Shown: positions 18,825 through 29,036, counted from the stretch's first letter. The stretch: DNA of 64,000 nucleotides from Bacteroidia bacterium (GCA_044368575.1 JBIPPH010000007.1:1180-65179); one strand, 5' to 3'. Notes: a model not told the origin generated them from the letters alone. Numbers and translations are program-made.

Positions 18825-20192
18825 TTATCCGAATAAATATTCAAAGGCTTCTTCTATTTTGCCAATTTGTACCAATTCAATTTTATTGGCGTTACTCTGA
18901 ATGCCTTTGTTGTATTTTGAAATCATAATGGCTTTGAAGCCCAGTTTTTCTGCCTCTAATATCCTTTGCTCAATTCTGGCAACCGCTCTTACTTCACCAC
19001 TCAAGCCTACCTCGCCAGCAAAGGCAATGTGTTTGTCAATGGCAATGTTTTGGTAAGAAGATAAGATAGAAGCCACTATGCCTAAATCCAGCCCAGGGTC
19101 TTCTAATTTCATACCGCCAGCAATGTTGATGAACACATCTTTCACGCCCAATTGAAAGCCACAGCGTTTTTCAAGTACGGCCAACAACATACTCAATCGT
19201 CTTAAATCAAAACCGTTTGAGGTTCTTTGCGGTGTACCATAAACAGCTGAGCTCACCAAAGCTTGTGTTTCAAGTAAGATGGGTCTTATGCCTTCTACTG
19301 CACAACTAATTGATATGCCACTCAATACTTCATCGCGCTCACTGATTAGGATTTCGGAAGGGTTCTCAATGGCTCTTAGACCATTGCCTTTCATTTCATA
19401 GATGCCAATTTCACTGGCAGATCCAAATCTGTTTTTAAGGGTTCGAAGTATGCGGTAGTTGTAATGTCTGTCGCCTTCAAATTGCAGCACAGTATCAACC
19501 ATATGCTCTAACACTTTCGGACCTGCAATATTGCCATCTTTATTGATGTGTCCGATTAAGAATACCGGAATGCCTGTGGTTTTAGCAAAGCGCAATAACT
19601 CTGCAGTGCATTCTTTTATTTGACTGATACTGCCCGGAGGAGAATCAATTAATTCGCTTGATAAAGTTTGAACGGAATCAATAATAAGCAATTCTGGCAA
19701 GTCGCCATTTAGCAGGGTCAATAAATTGCTCAGTGAGGTTTCACAAATCACATAGCAATCACTGTTTTGAATGCCTATGCGCTCTGCCCTCATTTTAAGC
19801 TGGGTCTCACTTTCTTCGCCGCTCACGTAATACACTTTCTTGTGCATTTGCAAGGCTAGCTGAAGTAATAATGTTGATTTGCCAATGCCGGGTTCACCAC
19901 CAATTAACGTGATGGAGCCTGCAACTAATCCGCCACCTAAAACTCTGTTGAGTTCGTTGTCTGTTAAGTTGTAGCGCTGTTCTTCACCTTCTACTATGCT
20001 TTGTATGTTTTTGGCTTCTGCTTTTTGTTGGCTTGATTTGCCCCAAAGTTGTTTGGCAGATCCGTTGTTACTTTTTTGAACCACTTCTTCGGTGAAACTG
20101 TTCCAAGCCTCACAAGCCGGACATTTTCCTAACCATTTACTAGCAGAATGACCACAGTTTTTACAAAAATATTTTACAACAGCCTTAGACAT
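18825..20192 (-). CDS. radA: DNA repair protein RadA/Sms
   Basis: N-terminal Zn-ribbon CKNCG...KCPACEAWN, Walker A GGEPGIGKST, and a Lon-like C-terminal domain. Start set at MSKAVVKYFC (ATG at 20192), consistent with the canonical RadA N-terminus. Confidence 0.9.
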   Translation of the reverse strand: MSKAVVKYFCKNCGHSASKWLGKCPACEAWNSFTEEVVQKSNNGSAKQLWGKSSQQKAEAKNIQSIVEGEEQRYNLTDNELNRVLGGGLVAGSITLIGGEPGIGKSTLLLQLALQMHKKVYYVSGEESETQLKMRAERIGIQNSDCYVICETSLSNLLTLLNGDLPELLIIDSVQTLSSELIDSPPGSISQIKECTAELLRFAKTTGIPVFLIGHINKDGNIAGPKVLEHMVDTVLQFEGDRHYNYRILRTLKNRFGSASEIGIYEMKGNGLRAIENPSEILISERDEVLSGISISCAVEGIRPILLETQALVSSAVYGTPQRTSNGFDLRRLSMLLAVLEKRCGFQLGVKDVFINIAGGMKLEDPGLDLGIVASILSSYQNIAIDKHIAFAGEVGLSGEVRAVARIEQRILEAEKLGFKAIMISKYNKGIQSNANKIELVQIGKIEEAFEYLFG

Positions 20193-20328
20193 AATCAGCC
20201 TTACAAAAGTGCAAGATAAATTGTAAAGCAGCATCATTTTTAATGGAATTGTTTAAAACTATTTTGTCGTTTTTTACTCAGCGATATCAGTAAATAATTG
20301 CCTACATTTGAAATTGAATTGTTGCGCC

Positions 20329-21081
20329 ATGAAATTTAGATTATTGACCCTATTCTTACTGTTTTTAGTCAGTTTGCAGTTAAGCTCTGCACAAACACCA
20401 TCGACTTCACAAACGACAGTCAACTCCATTGAAAACACTGTTGATGCGCCTTCGAGCCATCAGATGATCAAAGAAAAATTTATTGAGGGTGACCCCATTT
20501 GGATGACGCCTGTATTGATCTGTTTATTACTGGGTTTAACCATAGTAATTGAACGCATTATGACCCTGTATGCAGCCAATATTCAAGTGGAAACTTTTTA
20601 TAATGATTTTGAAAAAACCCTTCAAACTCAGGGACTTGATGCCGCCAAAACACTGTGTCAAACTACCAAAGGTCCTGTGGCTAAAATCTATTATGAGGGC
20701 ATAGACCGTTTGCCAGAAGGCGTTGAGAAGGTCGAAGCCGCCATGCAAGCGCATGGTTCTGTTCAAATGGGTCAGATGGAAAAGGGTTTGGTATGGATTT
20801 CTTTGTTTATTGCCTTATCGCCTATGCTAGGATTTTTAGGTACTGTAGTAGGGATGATTCAAGCTTTTGATACCATTGCGAGTGTGGGTGATATTTCACC
20901 AACCATAGTAGCTGACGGTATTAAAGTTGCTTTGTTAACCACCGTTGCAGGTTTAATTGTAGCCATTATTTTACAAGTGTTTTACAATTTAATTGTGTCT
21001 AAAATTGACAGCATAGCCAATGATATGGAACAAGCTTCAATCAAATTAATTGACATCGTGGTTAAAAATAAATTGGCATGA
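20329..21081 (+). CDS. exbB: MotA/TolQ/ExbB proton channel family protein
   Basis: Signal-like N-terminal extension, then three TM helices with the conserved C-terminal ExbB block (LGFLGTVVGMIQAF...). Start set at the ATG at 20329; the track start is TTG. Confidence 0.8.
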   Translation: MKFRLLTLFLLFLVSLQLSSAQTPSTSQTTVNSIENTVDAPSSHQMIKEKFIEGDPIWMTPVLICLLLGLTIVIERIMTLYAANIQVETFYNDFEKTLQTQGLDAAKTLCQTTKGPVAKIYYEGIDRLPEGVEKVEAAMQAHGSVQMGQMEKGLVWISLFIALSPMLGFLGTVVGMIQAFDTIASVGDISPTIVADGIKVALLTTVAGLIVAIILQVFYNLIVSKIDSIANDMEQASIKLIDIVVKNKLA

Positions 21082-21503
21082 AGCTGCGCTTAAATAAGTC
21101 ATTTTTAATAGGGCTTTTGATTGCCTTTATTGCAGTGTTAATCTTATGGATATACAACAGTGCATACAAGGCTCAAGAACTACCTATTCAAATAGGATTG
21201 TACGTTATGTATGGCCTATTGATACTTGCTATAATAGCTGCAATTGGATTGTTTTCCAAGGGTTTTCAATTATCAGGTTGGAGTAAAATTAGTATTTATG
21301 TGTTATCGCTCTTGTTGTTTTTGTTGGTCTTAGGATATGCCCTAGATGCCGGTGAATTAAACCCTGAGTATTTGAAATATGGCATCGATACAGTCTTTGA
21401 ATCGAAATGTGTGGGTGCGGTTGTATTTACCAGTAAATTAATGATCGTATTGGCTGCTCTTACTGCAGTTTTAGCCTCTATTAGAGCATTCATAAAACAA
21501 TAG
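21078..21503 (+). CDS. Small 4-TM membrane protein inside the exbB-exbD operon, function unknown
   Basis: 141 aa. The start overlaps the exbB stop and the gene is 7 nt upstream of exbD. Strongly hydrophobic. Confidence 0.5.
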   Translation: MKLRLNKSFLIGLLIAFIAVLILWIYNSAYKAQELPIQIGLYVMYGLLILAIIAAIGLFSKGFQLSGWSKISIYVLSLLLFLLVLGYALDAGELNPEYLKYGIDTVFESKCVGAVVFTSKLMIVLAALTAVLASIRAFIKQ

Positions 21504-21510
21504 TTAATCA

Positions 21511-22050
21511 ATGCCAAGACAAAGACGATCTATACCTGAAATCAATGCCGGCTCTATGGCTGATATTGCTTTTTTGTTATTGATCTTCTTTTTAGTGACC
21601 ACCAGCATCATCGATGAGAAAGGTTTAAGCGTCAAATTACCGGCCTTACCAAAAGCCCAGCAATCGCCGCCCATAGTTCAAAAACGCAATGTTTATGAAG
21701 TATACATCAATGATCAAAACCAATTCATGGTGCAAGGCCAAGTTCAAACTTTAACTGCCATTCAAAAGCAAGTTATTCAGTTCATTGATAACCCTCAACA
21801 AGACCCGAATTTGAGCGTTTCTCCTCAAGAGGCAGTACTGCTTATACATACGGATGCCAAAGCCAGTTATGGTCAATACATTGCCTTGCAAAACGGCCTC
21901 AAAACAGTCTATCAAACCTTAAGAGAACAATACAGTAAAACGACTTTTGACAAACATTATAACGATTTGCCAAACGCTAGTGCCGAGCGTTTAAAAGTCG
22001 ATCAAGTTTACCCAATGAATATTGCTGAATCAGATTTAACCAATCCCTAA
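21511..22050 (+). CDS. exbD: ExbD/TolR biopolymer transport protein
   Basis: N-terminal motif RRRSIPEINAGSMADIAFLLLIFFLV, which is the ExbD TM consensus. Confidence 0.8.
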   Translation: MPRQRRSIPEINAGSMADIAFLLLIFFLVTTSIIDEKGLSVKLPALPKAQQSPPIVQKRNVYEVYINDQNQFMVQGQVQTLTAIQKQVIQFIDNPQQDPNLSVSPQEAVLLIHTDAKASYGQYIALQNGLKTVYQTLREQYSKTTFDKHYNDLPNASAERLKVDQVYPMNIAESDLTNP

Positions 22051-22515
22051 ATGAGTAAGTTTAGAAGAAGACATAGTTCGGATCAACCCAGTATCAATAC
22101 GGCATCTTTGCCAGATATTGTGTTCATGCTCTTGTTCTTCTTCATGGTGGTAACTAAACTAAAAAAAGACGATGTTAAAGTTGCTGTCGCTTTGCCAAAA
22201 GCCTCAGAGTCGGTTAAGTTTGAAAACAAACAGAACGGCGCCTATATTCACATTGGCAAACCAGTTGATACAACTATGTTTGGCAGTGCTATAAGGGTGC
22301 AAATCAACGATGCATTTATTGAGCCTAATGCTCTGGCGCATTGGATACAAGAAGACATGAAACGCTTGCCTAAAACGGCATTAGCAACCTATACAGTAGC
22401 CATTAGAGCAGATGCTGATGTACCAATGGGGATGGTATCAGAAATCAAGCAACAGCTGAGAACAGCAAATGCGCTGCAAGTAGTTTATTCGACTCAAAAA
22501 GCAATTACCAAATAA
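22051..22515 (+). CDS. exbD: ExbD/TolR biopolymer transport protein (second copy)
   Basis: N-terminal INTASLPDIVFMLLFFFMV consensus. It immediately follows the first exbD. Confidence 0.75.
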   Translation: MSKFRRRHSSDQPSINTASLPDIVFMLLFFFMVVTKLKKDDVKVAVALPKASESVKFENKQNGAYIHIGKPVDTTMFGSAIRVQINDAFIEPNALAHWIQEDMKRLPKTALATYTVAIRADADVPMGMVSEIKQQLRTANALQVVYSTQKAITK

Positions 22516-24580
22516 CCACTCTTTGGTTTTCTGGAATCCACATTTTGTCGCCCTCTTTAATACCAAACGCTTCATAAAAAGGTTGGAAATGTTTTAATGG
22601 ACCATTGATTCTGTATCTGGCAGGAGAGTGTGGATCTGTTTGAAGTCTATTGCGCAATTCTTCATCTTTAATGTTGTTGTGCCATACTTGAGCCCAACTC
22701 AGGAAGAATCTTTGTTGCCAAGTAAAACCATCAATTTTAGCTGGCTCAGGCTTGCCATCTAATGATTTTTTAAGCGCGTAATAAGCCAATGTTATACCTC
22801 CAAGGTCAGCAATGTTTTCACCAATGGTTAAAGCGCCATTCACATGTATACCCTTAAGTGGTTCAAATTGATTGAAATAAGTAATGTATTGATCACCTAA
22901 AGTTTTAAAGTTTTTAGCATCTTCTTCAGACCACCAGTTTTTTAAATTGCCTTTTGCATCGTATTGTGCGCCCTGGTCATCAAAACCGTGGGTAAATTCA
23001 TGGCCGATTACCGCAATGATACCGCCATAATTAATGGCATCGTCTGCAGTTGGGTTGAAAAATGGCGCTTGCAAAATACCTGCAGGGAACACAATCTCAT
23101 TGTTCAAAGGATTGTAATAAGCATTAACCGTTTGAGGCGGCATCAACCATCTTTTTTTATCAACTGGAGCACCAACATCTTTGAGCATTTTATTATGACT
23201 CCACAAGGTATTGCTGATCACATTTTCAATCAAAGTGCTTTTATTAACTGCAATCTTGCTGTAGTCTTCCCATTGATCAGGGTATCCAATTTTATAAACG
23301 AAAGTGCTTAGTTTTTCAAGCGCTTTGGTTTTGGTGTTATCAGTCATCCATGGCAATTTTGTTTTAACCCTTTCGCTGAATACGGCGCGCACATTCTCAA
23401 TCATTTCAGCTACTTTTTTCTTGGATGATTCCGGAAAATAAGCTTTGGTGTAAAGTCTACCAAGGATATTGCCTTCGCCTAAAGATTCAGCCACATCAAT
23501 GGCTTGAATGGCTCTGGTTTTTTGTTGTTTAATGCCCCCTTTAACTTGACCATAAAAATGGAAAAATTCGTTTTTGTAGCCGGCAGGTAAATACTTGCTG
23601 AAACTTGAAATTAATTTATAGTAAGTAAATAATTTTAAGGTGTTTACATCTGTTTTGCTCAATAAAGTATTTAATTTAGTAAAGTAGGCTTTATTCTGAA
23701 CAATAATGCTATCGGTTTGAATGCCCTGAGCTACTGAAAAACTTGACCAATCACAATTTTTAGAAAGTGATTTTAAGTCATTCATGTGAAGCTTATTATA
23801 AGTTTTAATAGGATCTCTTAATTCAACATTGCTTAATTGACAAGTAGCCAATTGGCTTTCAAAATCTAATAAGCGTTTGCCGGATTGAACACTGTCAAAA
23901 TATTGGCTTAAGCCCATAATCTGATTCACATGCGCAACAAACTCTGTTCGGATGGTTTGCATGCGTTCATCTTTGCCAGAGTAATAACTTTTTTCGCCAA
24001 GACTCAAGCCGCTTTGTCCCCACTTTACAGCATTCATGGCGCTGTTGCGGTCATCTGCATCGACGTATACACCTAAAACAGACGATACACCAATGCGTTG
24101 TAATTCACCATTGATTTTAATCCAATCTGCCAAGTTGCTTACACCCATAATTTGATTGATGTATTGGTTCAATGGTTTCAAGCCTTGTTGTTCAATCCCT
24201 AAAGAATCCATAAAGGCAGTATACATATCGGCTATGCGTTGTTCATCAGAACCTGCTTTGTGGTCTTTGGTTTTTAGTACACCATCAATAATTCCTTTTA
24301 ATTTAACCTCGCTGTTCTCTTTGTCAATAATGCCAAAGGCGCCCCAATTGCCTTCAGTTGCAGGCACTGGATTGTTCTTTTTCCAACCGCCATTAACAAA
24401 ACTATCAAAGTCATCTTGTGGGCGGTATCTTCTGTCTAAAGAGTTGGTGTCAAAGGCTGGAATTACGGCAATGCTGTCAGATTTACTAGCATTGTTTTCG
24501 GTTTTTGGCGCAGCGTTACAAGCGGCTAAAAGGGTAGTAACAGCAGCAGATACAAGGGTTAAAAAACGCAAACTTTTCAT
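22505..24580 (-). CDS. M13 family metallo-endopeptidase (neprilysin/PepO-like) lipoprotein
   Basis: 691 aa. HEFTHGFDD (HExxH) zinc site, GENIADLGG and NAYY motifs. Lipoprotein-type signal ...LLAAC. Confidence 0.9.
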   Translation of the reverse strand: MKSLRFLTLVSAAVTTLLAACNAAPKTENNASKSDSIAVIPAFDTNSLDRRYRPQDDFDSFVNGGWKKNNPVPATEGNWGAFGIIDKENSEVKLKGIIDGVLKTKDHKAGSDEQRIADMYTAFMDSLGIEQQGLKPLNQYINQIMGVSNLADWIKINGELQRIGVSSVLGVYVDADDRNSAMNAVKWGQSGLSLGEKSYYSGKDERMQTIRTEFVAHVNQIMGLSQYFDSVQSGKRLLDFESQLATCQLSNVELRDPIKTYNKLHMNDLKSLSKNCDWSSFSVAQGIQTDSIIVQNKAYFTKLNTLLSKTDVNTLKLFTYYKLISSFSKYLPAGYKNEFFHFYGQVKGGIKQQKTRAIQAIDVAESLGEGNILGRLYTKAYFPESSKKKVAEMIENVRAVFSERVKTKLPWMTDNTKTKALEKLSTFVYKIGYPDQWEDYSKIAVNKSTLIENVISNTLWSHNKMLKDVGAPVDKKRWLMPPQTVNAYYNPLNNEIVFPAGILQAPFFNPTADDAINYGGIIAVIGHEFTHGFDDQGAQYDAKGNLKNWWSEEDAKNFKTLGDQYITYFNQFEPLKGIHVNGALTIGENIADLGGITLAYYALKKSLDGKPEPAKIDGFTWQQRFFLSWAQVWHNNIKDEELRNRLQTDPHSPARYRINGPLKHFQPFYEAFGIKEGDKMWIPENQRVVIW

Positions 24581-24619
24581 AGTGGCAAGATTACTAATTT
24601 TTTAGTAATTTCGTATCTT

Positions 24620-25027
24620 GTGTCTTTGAAAAAAATCTTCATATTACTTCTTAGCTATTGGGCTTGCCCTGTGTATGCTCAGTTTGGAGATTCATTTCCG
24701 GTATTAAAGTTTGATCAAGACACAGTGGATTTTGGAACGGTTGTAGAAGGGGATACGGTGCGTTATGATTTTAATTTCACCAATGTCGGTAACAGACCGC
24801 TTGTCATCAAACAAGCCTATCCAGCTTGCGGCTGTACCTATCCAACCTTTACACAAGGTCCGATATTGCCCGGTCAAAGAGGGGTAATTCATGTTGCCTT
24901 TTACAGTCAGGGTTGGGGCGGACAATCCGTTCTCAAAGAAGTGATAGTGATATTAGGAAATGGGCCCGAAAATTACGCTCGATTTAAGGCTAAAATCATC
25001 AAACGATCTGAGCTGCCAATCAAGTGA
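24620..25027 (+). CDS. DUF1573 domain protein
   Basis: Signal peptide. Conserved YPACGCTYP motif and FNFTNVGN...PG.RG.I.V.F pattern. GTG start with no nearby ATG. Confidence 0.6.
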   Translation: MSLKKIFILLLSYWACPVYAQFGDSFPVLKFDQDTVDFGTVVEGDTVRYDFNFTNVGNRPLVIKQAYPACGCTYPTFTQGPILPGQRGVIHVAFYSQGWGGQSVLKEVIVILGNGPENYARFKAKIIKRSELPIK

Positions 25028-25077
25028 ATTAGGTATCAGTCAACAAGTAAAAAGAGAAGACGTCAAAATAAATAACC

Positions 25078-25986
25078 GTGAAGAAAATTATCATAACAGG
25101 CGCCAATGGTTTATTAGGCCAAAAGCTAATTGATCTTTATTTAAGTCAGTCAGATAAACAAATATTGGCTACAGGTATAGGTCCATGCAGGCACCCTAGG
25201 CGCAATGAAATAGCCTATCAAGCATTAGACATTACTCAGGCAGATCAAGTTGAACAAGTCTTTGAAGCCTTTCAACCTGATTGTTTGATTCACACAGCAG
25301 CTATGACCAATGTTGATGCTTGTGAATCTGAACATGAGCAATGCGACGCTTTAAATGTGCATGCGGTCGATCATTTAGCAAAGGCTTGTAATCGATACAA
25401 TGTGCATATGGTGCATGTGTCTACTGATTTTATTTTTGATGGCAGCCATGGCCCCCTTGATGAGCAAGCAACGCCAAACCCATTGAGTTATTATGGGGCA
25501 TCAAAATTGAAAGGCGAGCAAATTGTTCAAGAGCAATTAAGCCATTGGGCAATTTTAAGAACGGTTTTAGTATACGGTGTAGTAAGCGATATGAGTCGAA
25601 GTAATATTGTGTTATGGGCTAAGTCTGCACTAGAAAAACAGCAGCCAATGAAAGTGGTTGATGACCAATTCAGAACCCCAACATTGGCTGAGGATTTGGC
25701 AATGGGATGTTTTTTGGCTGAGGATCAAAATGCGCAAGGGATTTACAACATTTCAGGCAAAGACTTTATGAGTATTTTTGAATTGGTTAACCGAGTGGCC
25801 CAATTCTTTGAATTAGAGGCTAATGGTGTTGAACGCAGTAGTTCTAGCACTTTGAATCAGGCCGCCAAACGCCCACCGATTACAGGGTTTATTATTGATA
25901 AAGCACAAAAAGAATTAGGATATGCCCCTCACAGTTTTGAAGAAGGATTGGCCTTGGTGCAATCGCAATTATTAAGTCATTCATGA
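25078..25986 (+). CDS. SDR-family NAD(P)-dependent oxidoreductase, dTDP-4-dehydrorhamnose reductase (RmlD)-like
   Basis: N-terminal Rossmann motif KKIIITGANGLLGQKL, the YGASK catalytic Tyr/Lys motif, and the RmlD substrate-binding-domain architecture. GTG start. Confidence 0.65.
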   Translation: MKKIIITGANGLLGQKLIDLYLSQSDKQILATGIGPCRHPRRNEIAYQALDITQADQVEQVFEAFQPDCLIHTAAMTNVDACESEHEQCDALNVHAVDHLAKACNRYNVHMVHVSTDFIFDGSHGPLDEQATPNPLSYYGASKLKGEQIVQEQLSHWAILRTVLVYGVVSDMSRSNIVLWAKSALEKQQPMKVVDDQFRTPTLAEDLAMGCFLAEDQNAQGIYNISGKDFMSIFELVNRVAQFFELEANGVERSSSSTLNQAAKRPPITGFIIDKAQKELGYAPHSFEEGLALVQSQLLSHS

Positions 25987-26348
25987 ATGTAGTATTGGTA
26001 TTTTTAGGCGGCGGTATTGGTGCAGTTTTGCGCTGGTTAATACAATTGTTATTGGGCAAATCTGATGGCAATGGCTTTGCTTGGGCTACCTTTACTGTAA
26101 ATTGTTTTGGCAGTTTATTGATTGGTCTTTTAGCTGCCCTTGCCTTAAAATTTAAGTGGTCGGAGGCCAGTGTACTCTTGTTAATGACTGGTGTTTTGGG
26201 TGGTTTTACTACTTACTCTGCCTTTGCAATGGATAGCCTTCAAATGCTGAAACAACAGCAGTGGGCATTGGCTATTCAATACATGCTTTCAACCAATATT
26301 ATGGCCTTGCTTTGTTGTGCTTTAGGATTTTATCTGGTTAAACTATGA
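25983..26348 (+). CDS. crcB: Fluoride ion channel CrcB/FluC
   Basis: 121 aa with 4 TMs. GGGIGAVLRW and GFTTYSAF motifs. Confidence 0.8.
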   Translation: MNVVLVFLGGGIGAVLRWLIQLLLGKSDGNGFAWATFTVNCFGSLLIGLLAALALKFKWSEASVLLLMTGVLGGFTTYSAFAMDSLQMLKQQQWALAIQYMLSTNIMALLCCALGFYLVKL

Positions 26349-27610
26349 GGTATTTAAAATTATATGGTCTATTGCTTTGCTTGTTTTGGACAACAAGTGC
26401 ATTTGCTTTAAAGATCATTTTACCCATGGATGTTACACAAAAAAACCATTTAAAAGCTTATGGGCTTACTTATTGGGTCTTGAACAAAGGGGCGGAAGCT
26501 GATTGGTTGTTGAATTACCAAGGTGGCAGCTTCATGTTTGACTTTGATGTGCTATACGAAAATGAATGTAAAATCAGAGGCGTTAGCTATGAAGTTATTA
26601 CAGAAAGCAAAGCCAATAGCATTGTTGCAGAGGTCATCAATCCTGAAGTCAATATGGAGGATGTTAAGTTGCTGAAGGCGCCTAAAATTGCAGTCTATAC
26701 TCCTAAGAACAAACAACCGTGGGACGATGCTGTAACCATGGTACTTGAGTACGCTGAAATTCCTTATGAAAAGGTTTTTGATGATGAAGTCTTAGAAGAT
26801 AAACTACTCACTTATGATTGGTTGCATTTGCACCATGAGGATTTTACAGGTCAATACGGCAAGTTTTGGTACAGCCATAGAAACACTGCTTGGTATGCTG
26901 AAGATGTTAGAACCAATGAGGCTTGTGCTGCTAAACACGGCTTTAGTAAAGTGTCTCAATTGAAATTATCTGTGGCCAAAAAAATCAGAGACTTTTGTTT
27001 GGGTGGTGGATTTTTGTTTGCTATGTGCAGCGCTACAGACACCTATGACATAGCTCTTGCCGCTGATGGCATCGATATTTGTGAATCCATGTTCGACGGC
27101 GATGGCATGGATCCTGAAGCCCAAGAAAAATTGAATTTTAAAAACACATTTGCCTTTAAAGACTTTTCGCTTGAGACCAGTCCAATAGCTTATGAGCACG
27201 CCAGTATTGATAATACCTTGGCTCATCAATCGGTTTTAGAAAACAACGATGTATTTACCCTATTTGATTTCAGTGCTAAGTGGGATGTTGTGCCATCTAT
27301 GTTGTGTCAGAATCACACCCAAACCATTAAGGGCTTTATGGGTCAAACCACTGCCTTTAAAAAGCAGTTCATTAAAAGTGAAGTTTTGATTTTAGGCGAA
27401 AATAAAACCCTGAATGAAGCCCGCTACATACATGGTAATATGGGCAAGGGCACTTGGACGTTTTACAGTGGACATGATCCGGAAGATTACCAGCATTTAA
27501 TCAACGAACCGCCAACCAATTTGGCATTGTTTCCAAATAGTCCCGGATTTAGATTAATTTTGAACAATATTCTTTTTCCAAGTGCTAAAAAGAAAAAACT
27601 AAAAACGTGA
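26345..27610 (+). CDS. Secreted hypothetical protein; possibly a class I glutamine-amidotransferase-like (DJ-1/ThuA-like) fold
   Basis: 421 aa with a signal peptide. Candidate nucleophile elbow GGGFLFAMCSATD. The fold assignment is weak. Confidence 0.5.
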   Translation: MRYLKLYGLLLCLFWTTSAFALKIILPMDVTQKNHLKAYGLTYWVLNKGAEADWLLNYQGGSFMFDFDVLYENECKIRGVSYEVITESKANSIVAEVINPEVNMEDVKLLKAPKIAVYTPKNKQPWDDAVTMVLEYAEIPYEKVFDDEVLEDKLLTYDWLHLHHEDFTGQYGKFWYSHRNTAWYAEDVRTNEACAAKHGFSKVSQLKLSVAKKIRDFCLGGGFLFAMCSATDTYDIALAADGIDICESMFDGDGMDPEAQEKLNFKNTFAFKDFSLETSPIAYEHASIDNTLAHQSVLENNDVFTLFDFSAKWDVVPSMLCQNHTQTIKGFMGQTTAFKKQFIKSEVLILGENKTLNEARYIHGNMGKGTWTFYSGHDPEDYQHLINEPPTNLALFPNSPGFRLILNNILFPSAKKKKLKT

Positions 27611-27611
27611 T

Positions 27612-27836
27612 ATGCCTATTCAACTTTTTAAAACGGTAATTGAAAAAACTGCCTATGGGGTTTGTACCAAGATAGGCGACAAAATAGGAATTGGCACAAA
27701 GCGCATTCGTTTGTTTTTTATTTATACAAGCTTTTTAACTTTGGGTTCACCCATCATCATTTACATGATTTTGGCGTTTTGGATGAATATGAAAAACTAC
27801 GTCAAAGAGAAGCGCAATGCAGTCTGGGATTTATAG
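27612..27836 (+). CDS. PspC-domain membrane protein
   Basis: 74 aa. N-terminal YGVCTKIGDKIGIGTKRIRLFFI matches the PspC domain consensus, followed by a TM helix. Confidence 0.55.
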   Translation: MPIQLFKTVIEKTAYGVCTKIGDKIGIGTKRIRLFFIYTSFLTLGSPIIIYMILAFWMNMKNYVKEKRNAVWDL

Positions 27837-28448
27837 TCAGACAATTTCAACTTTACTGATACCACTTACTCTGTATTCTTTGTTACTTGGCTGTTCGAAG
27901 CATTGAAACCAAGTTCTCAATTGTTTACCTTTTTTAAATATCCTGCCGGTTTCAAGTTTAAATAAACTGCCTTCTGGAATTTGTTCGAGTAATAGTTTAG
28001 CATCTTTATCATATTTAGCTAATACCTTCATAAGGTTTTTGTCGCTACAACTACTGGCCTTTAAATGATTGGTATAACTGTGTAATGCTTGCTGAATATC
28101 GTTTGGCAATTGGTGGTGCAAGACAATTGGTTTCAACAACTCACTAAAACAGGCCTTCCATTCTTTGCCATGGGGATCAATGGTGTTGCGGTATTGTTCA
28201 AACGCAATTAGATGCGCAATTTCATGCAATAAGGTAGTTAAAAAGGCGTAAGGATTTAAGTCTTTGTTAACGGTTATGCGATGGTAGTTGTCGTGTTTAT
28301 GAGGAGAGCGGTAATCGCCAAACTTACTGCTGCGCGGCTTATTTAATTTTAATTGAACCTTGTGTTGAATCATTAACTCTACTACATAAGTAGCAGTGCC
28401 TTCTGGCAAATACTGAGATAATTTTTCAATCAGTTCGGATTTTGTCAC
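27837..28448 (-). CDS. SprT-like zinc metalloprotease family protein
   Basis: HExxH in LLHEIAHLIAFEQY and a KFGDYR block typical of the SprT-like family. GTG start. Confidence 0.65.
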   Translation of the reverse strand: MTKSELIEKLSQYLPEGTATYVVELMIQHKVQLKLNKPRSSKFGDYRSPHKHDNYHRITVNKDLNPYAFLTTLLHEIAHLIAFEQYRNTIDPHGKEWKACFSELLKPIVLHHQLPNDIQQALHSYTNHLKASSCSDKNLMKVLAKYDKDAKLLLEQIPEGSLFKLETGRIFKKGKQLRTWFQCFEQPSNKEYRVSGISKVEIV

Positions 28449-28451
28449 ACC

Positions 28452-29036
28452 CTAGGAGCGGTTAAAAGTAGTTTGATAAGCTTGATATACTTCTTCAAGT
28501 TCTGCATACCAGGCCTCGCCAAATCTTCTGATCAATGGCGCTTTTAAAAATTGAAAGACAGATACATTGTTGGCTTTTCCCAATGTACATGCAGCCGAGC
28601 ATATATCCCATTCGTGGTAATTCACAGTAACCATATCATTGATTTGACCCAATCTAATAGGGTATAAATGACAACTGATCGGTTTGTTAATAGATATGGC
28701 GCCACTGTTGTAGGCCTTTTCAATGGCGCAGCCTAATTGACCATTCTCTCTGTATACAAAAACACATTCACCGGTTTCCAAACAAGTTGTTGCGGCATCA
28801 TCTATTTCTAATCCTTCATGAAAGCCTATTGCATTATAAAGTGCAATGCCTTTTGGATCCATAAATGGTTTGATCTGTTCAATCTCAGACTCAATGGCTT
28901 CTATCTCTGCTAGTTCAATAGGAGCACCTCTATCACCTTCAATACAACATGCGCCTTTACAAGCGTCTAAATTGCATATAAACTTTTGTGTAAAGACCTC
29001 ATCAGACACTAAGGTGTCTTGAATCTCTAATATCAT
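28452..29036 (-). CDS. Cys-rich DUF3109-like protein
   Basis: 194 aa with a CKGACCIEGDRG cluster plus four further conserved Cys. This family is restricted to Bacteroidota. Assigned from memory, moderate confidence. Confidence 0.5.
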   Translation of the reverse strand: MILEIQDTLVSDEVFTQKFICNLDACKGACCIEGDRGAPIELAEIEAIESEIEQIKPFMDPKGIALYNAIGFHEGLEIDDAATTCLETGECVFVYRENGQLGCAIEKAYNSGAISINKPISCHLYPIRLGQINDMVTVNYHEWDICSAACTLGKANNVSVFQFLKAPLIRRFGEAWYAELEEVYQAYQTTFNRS

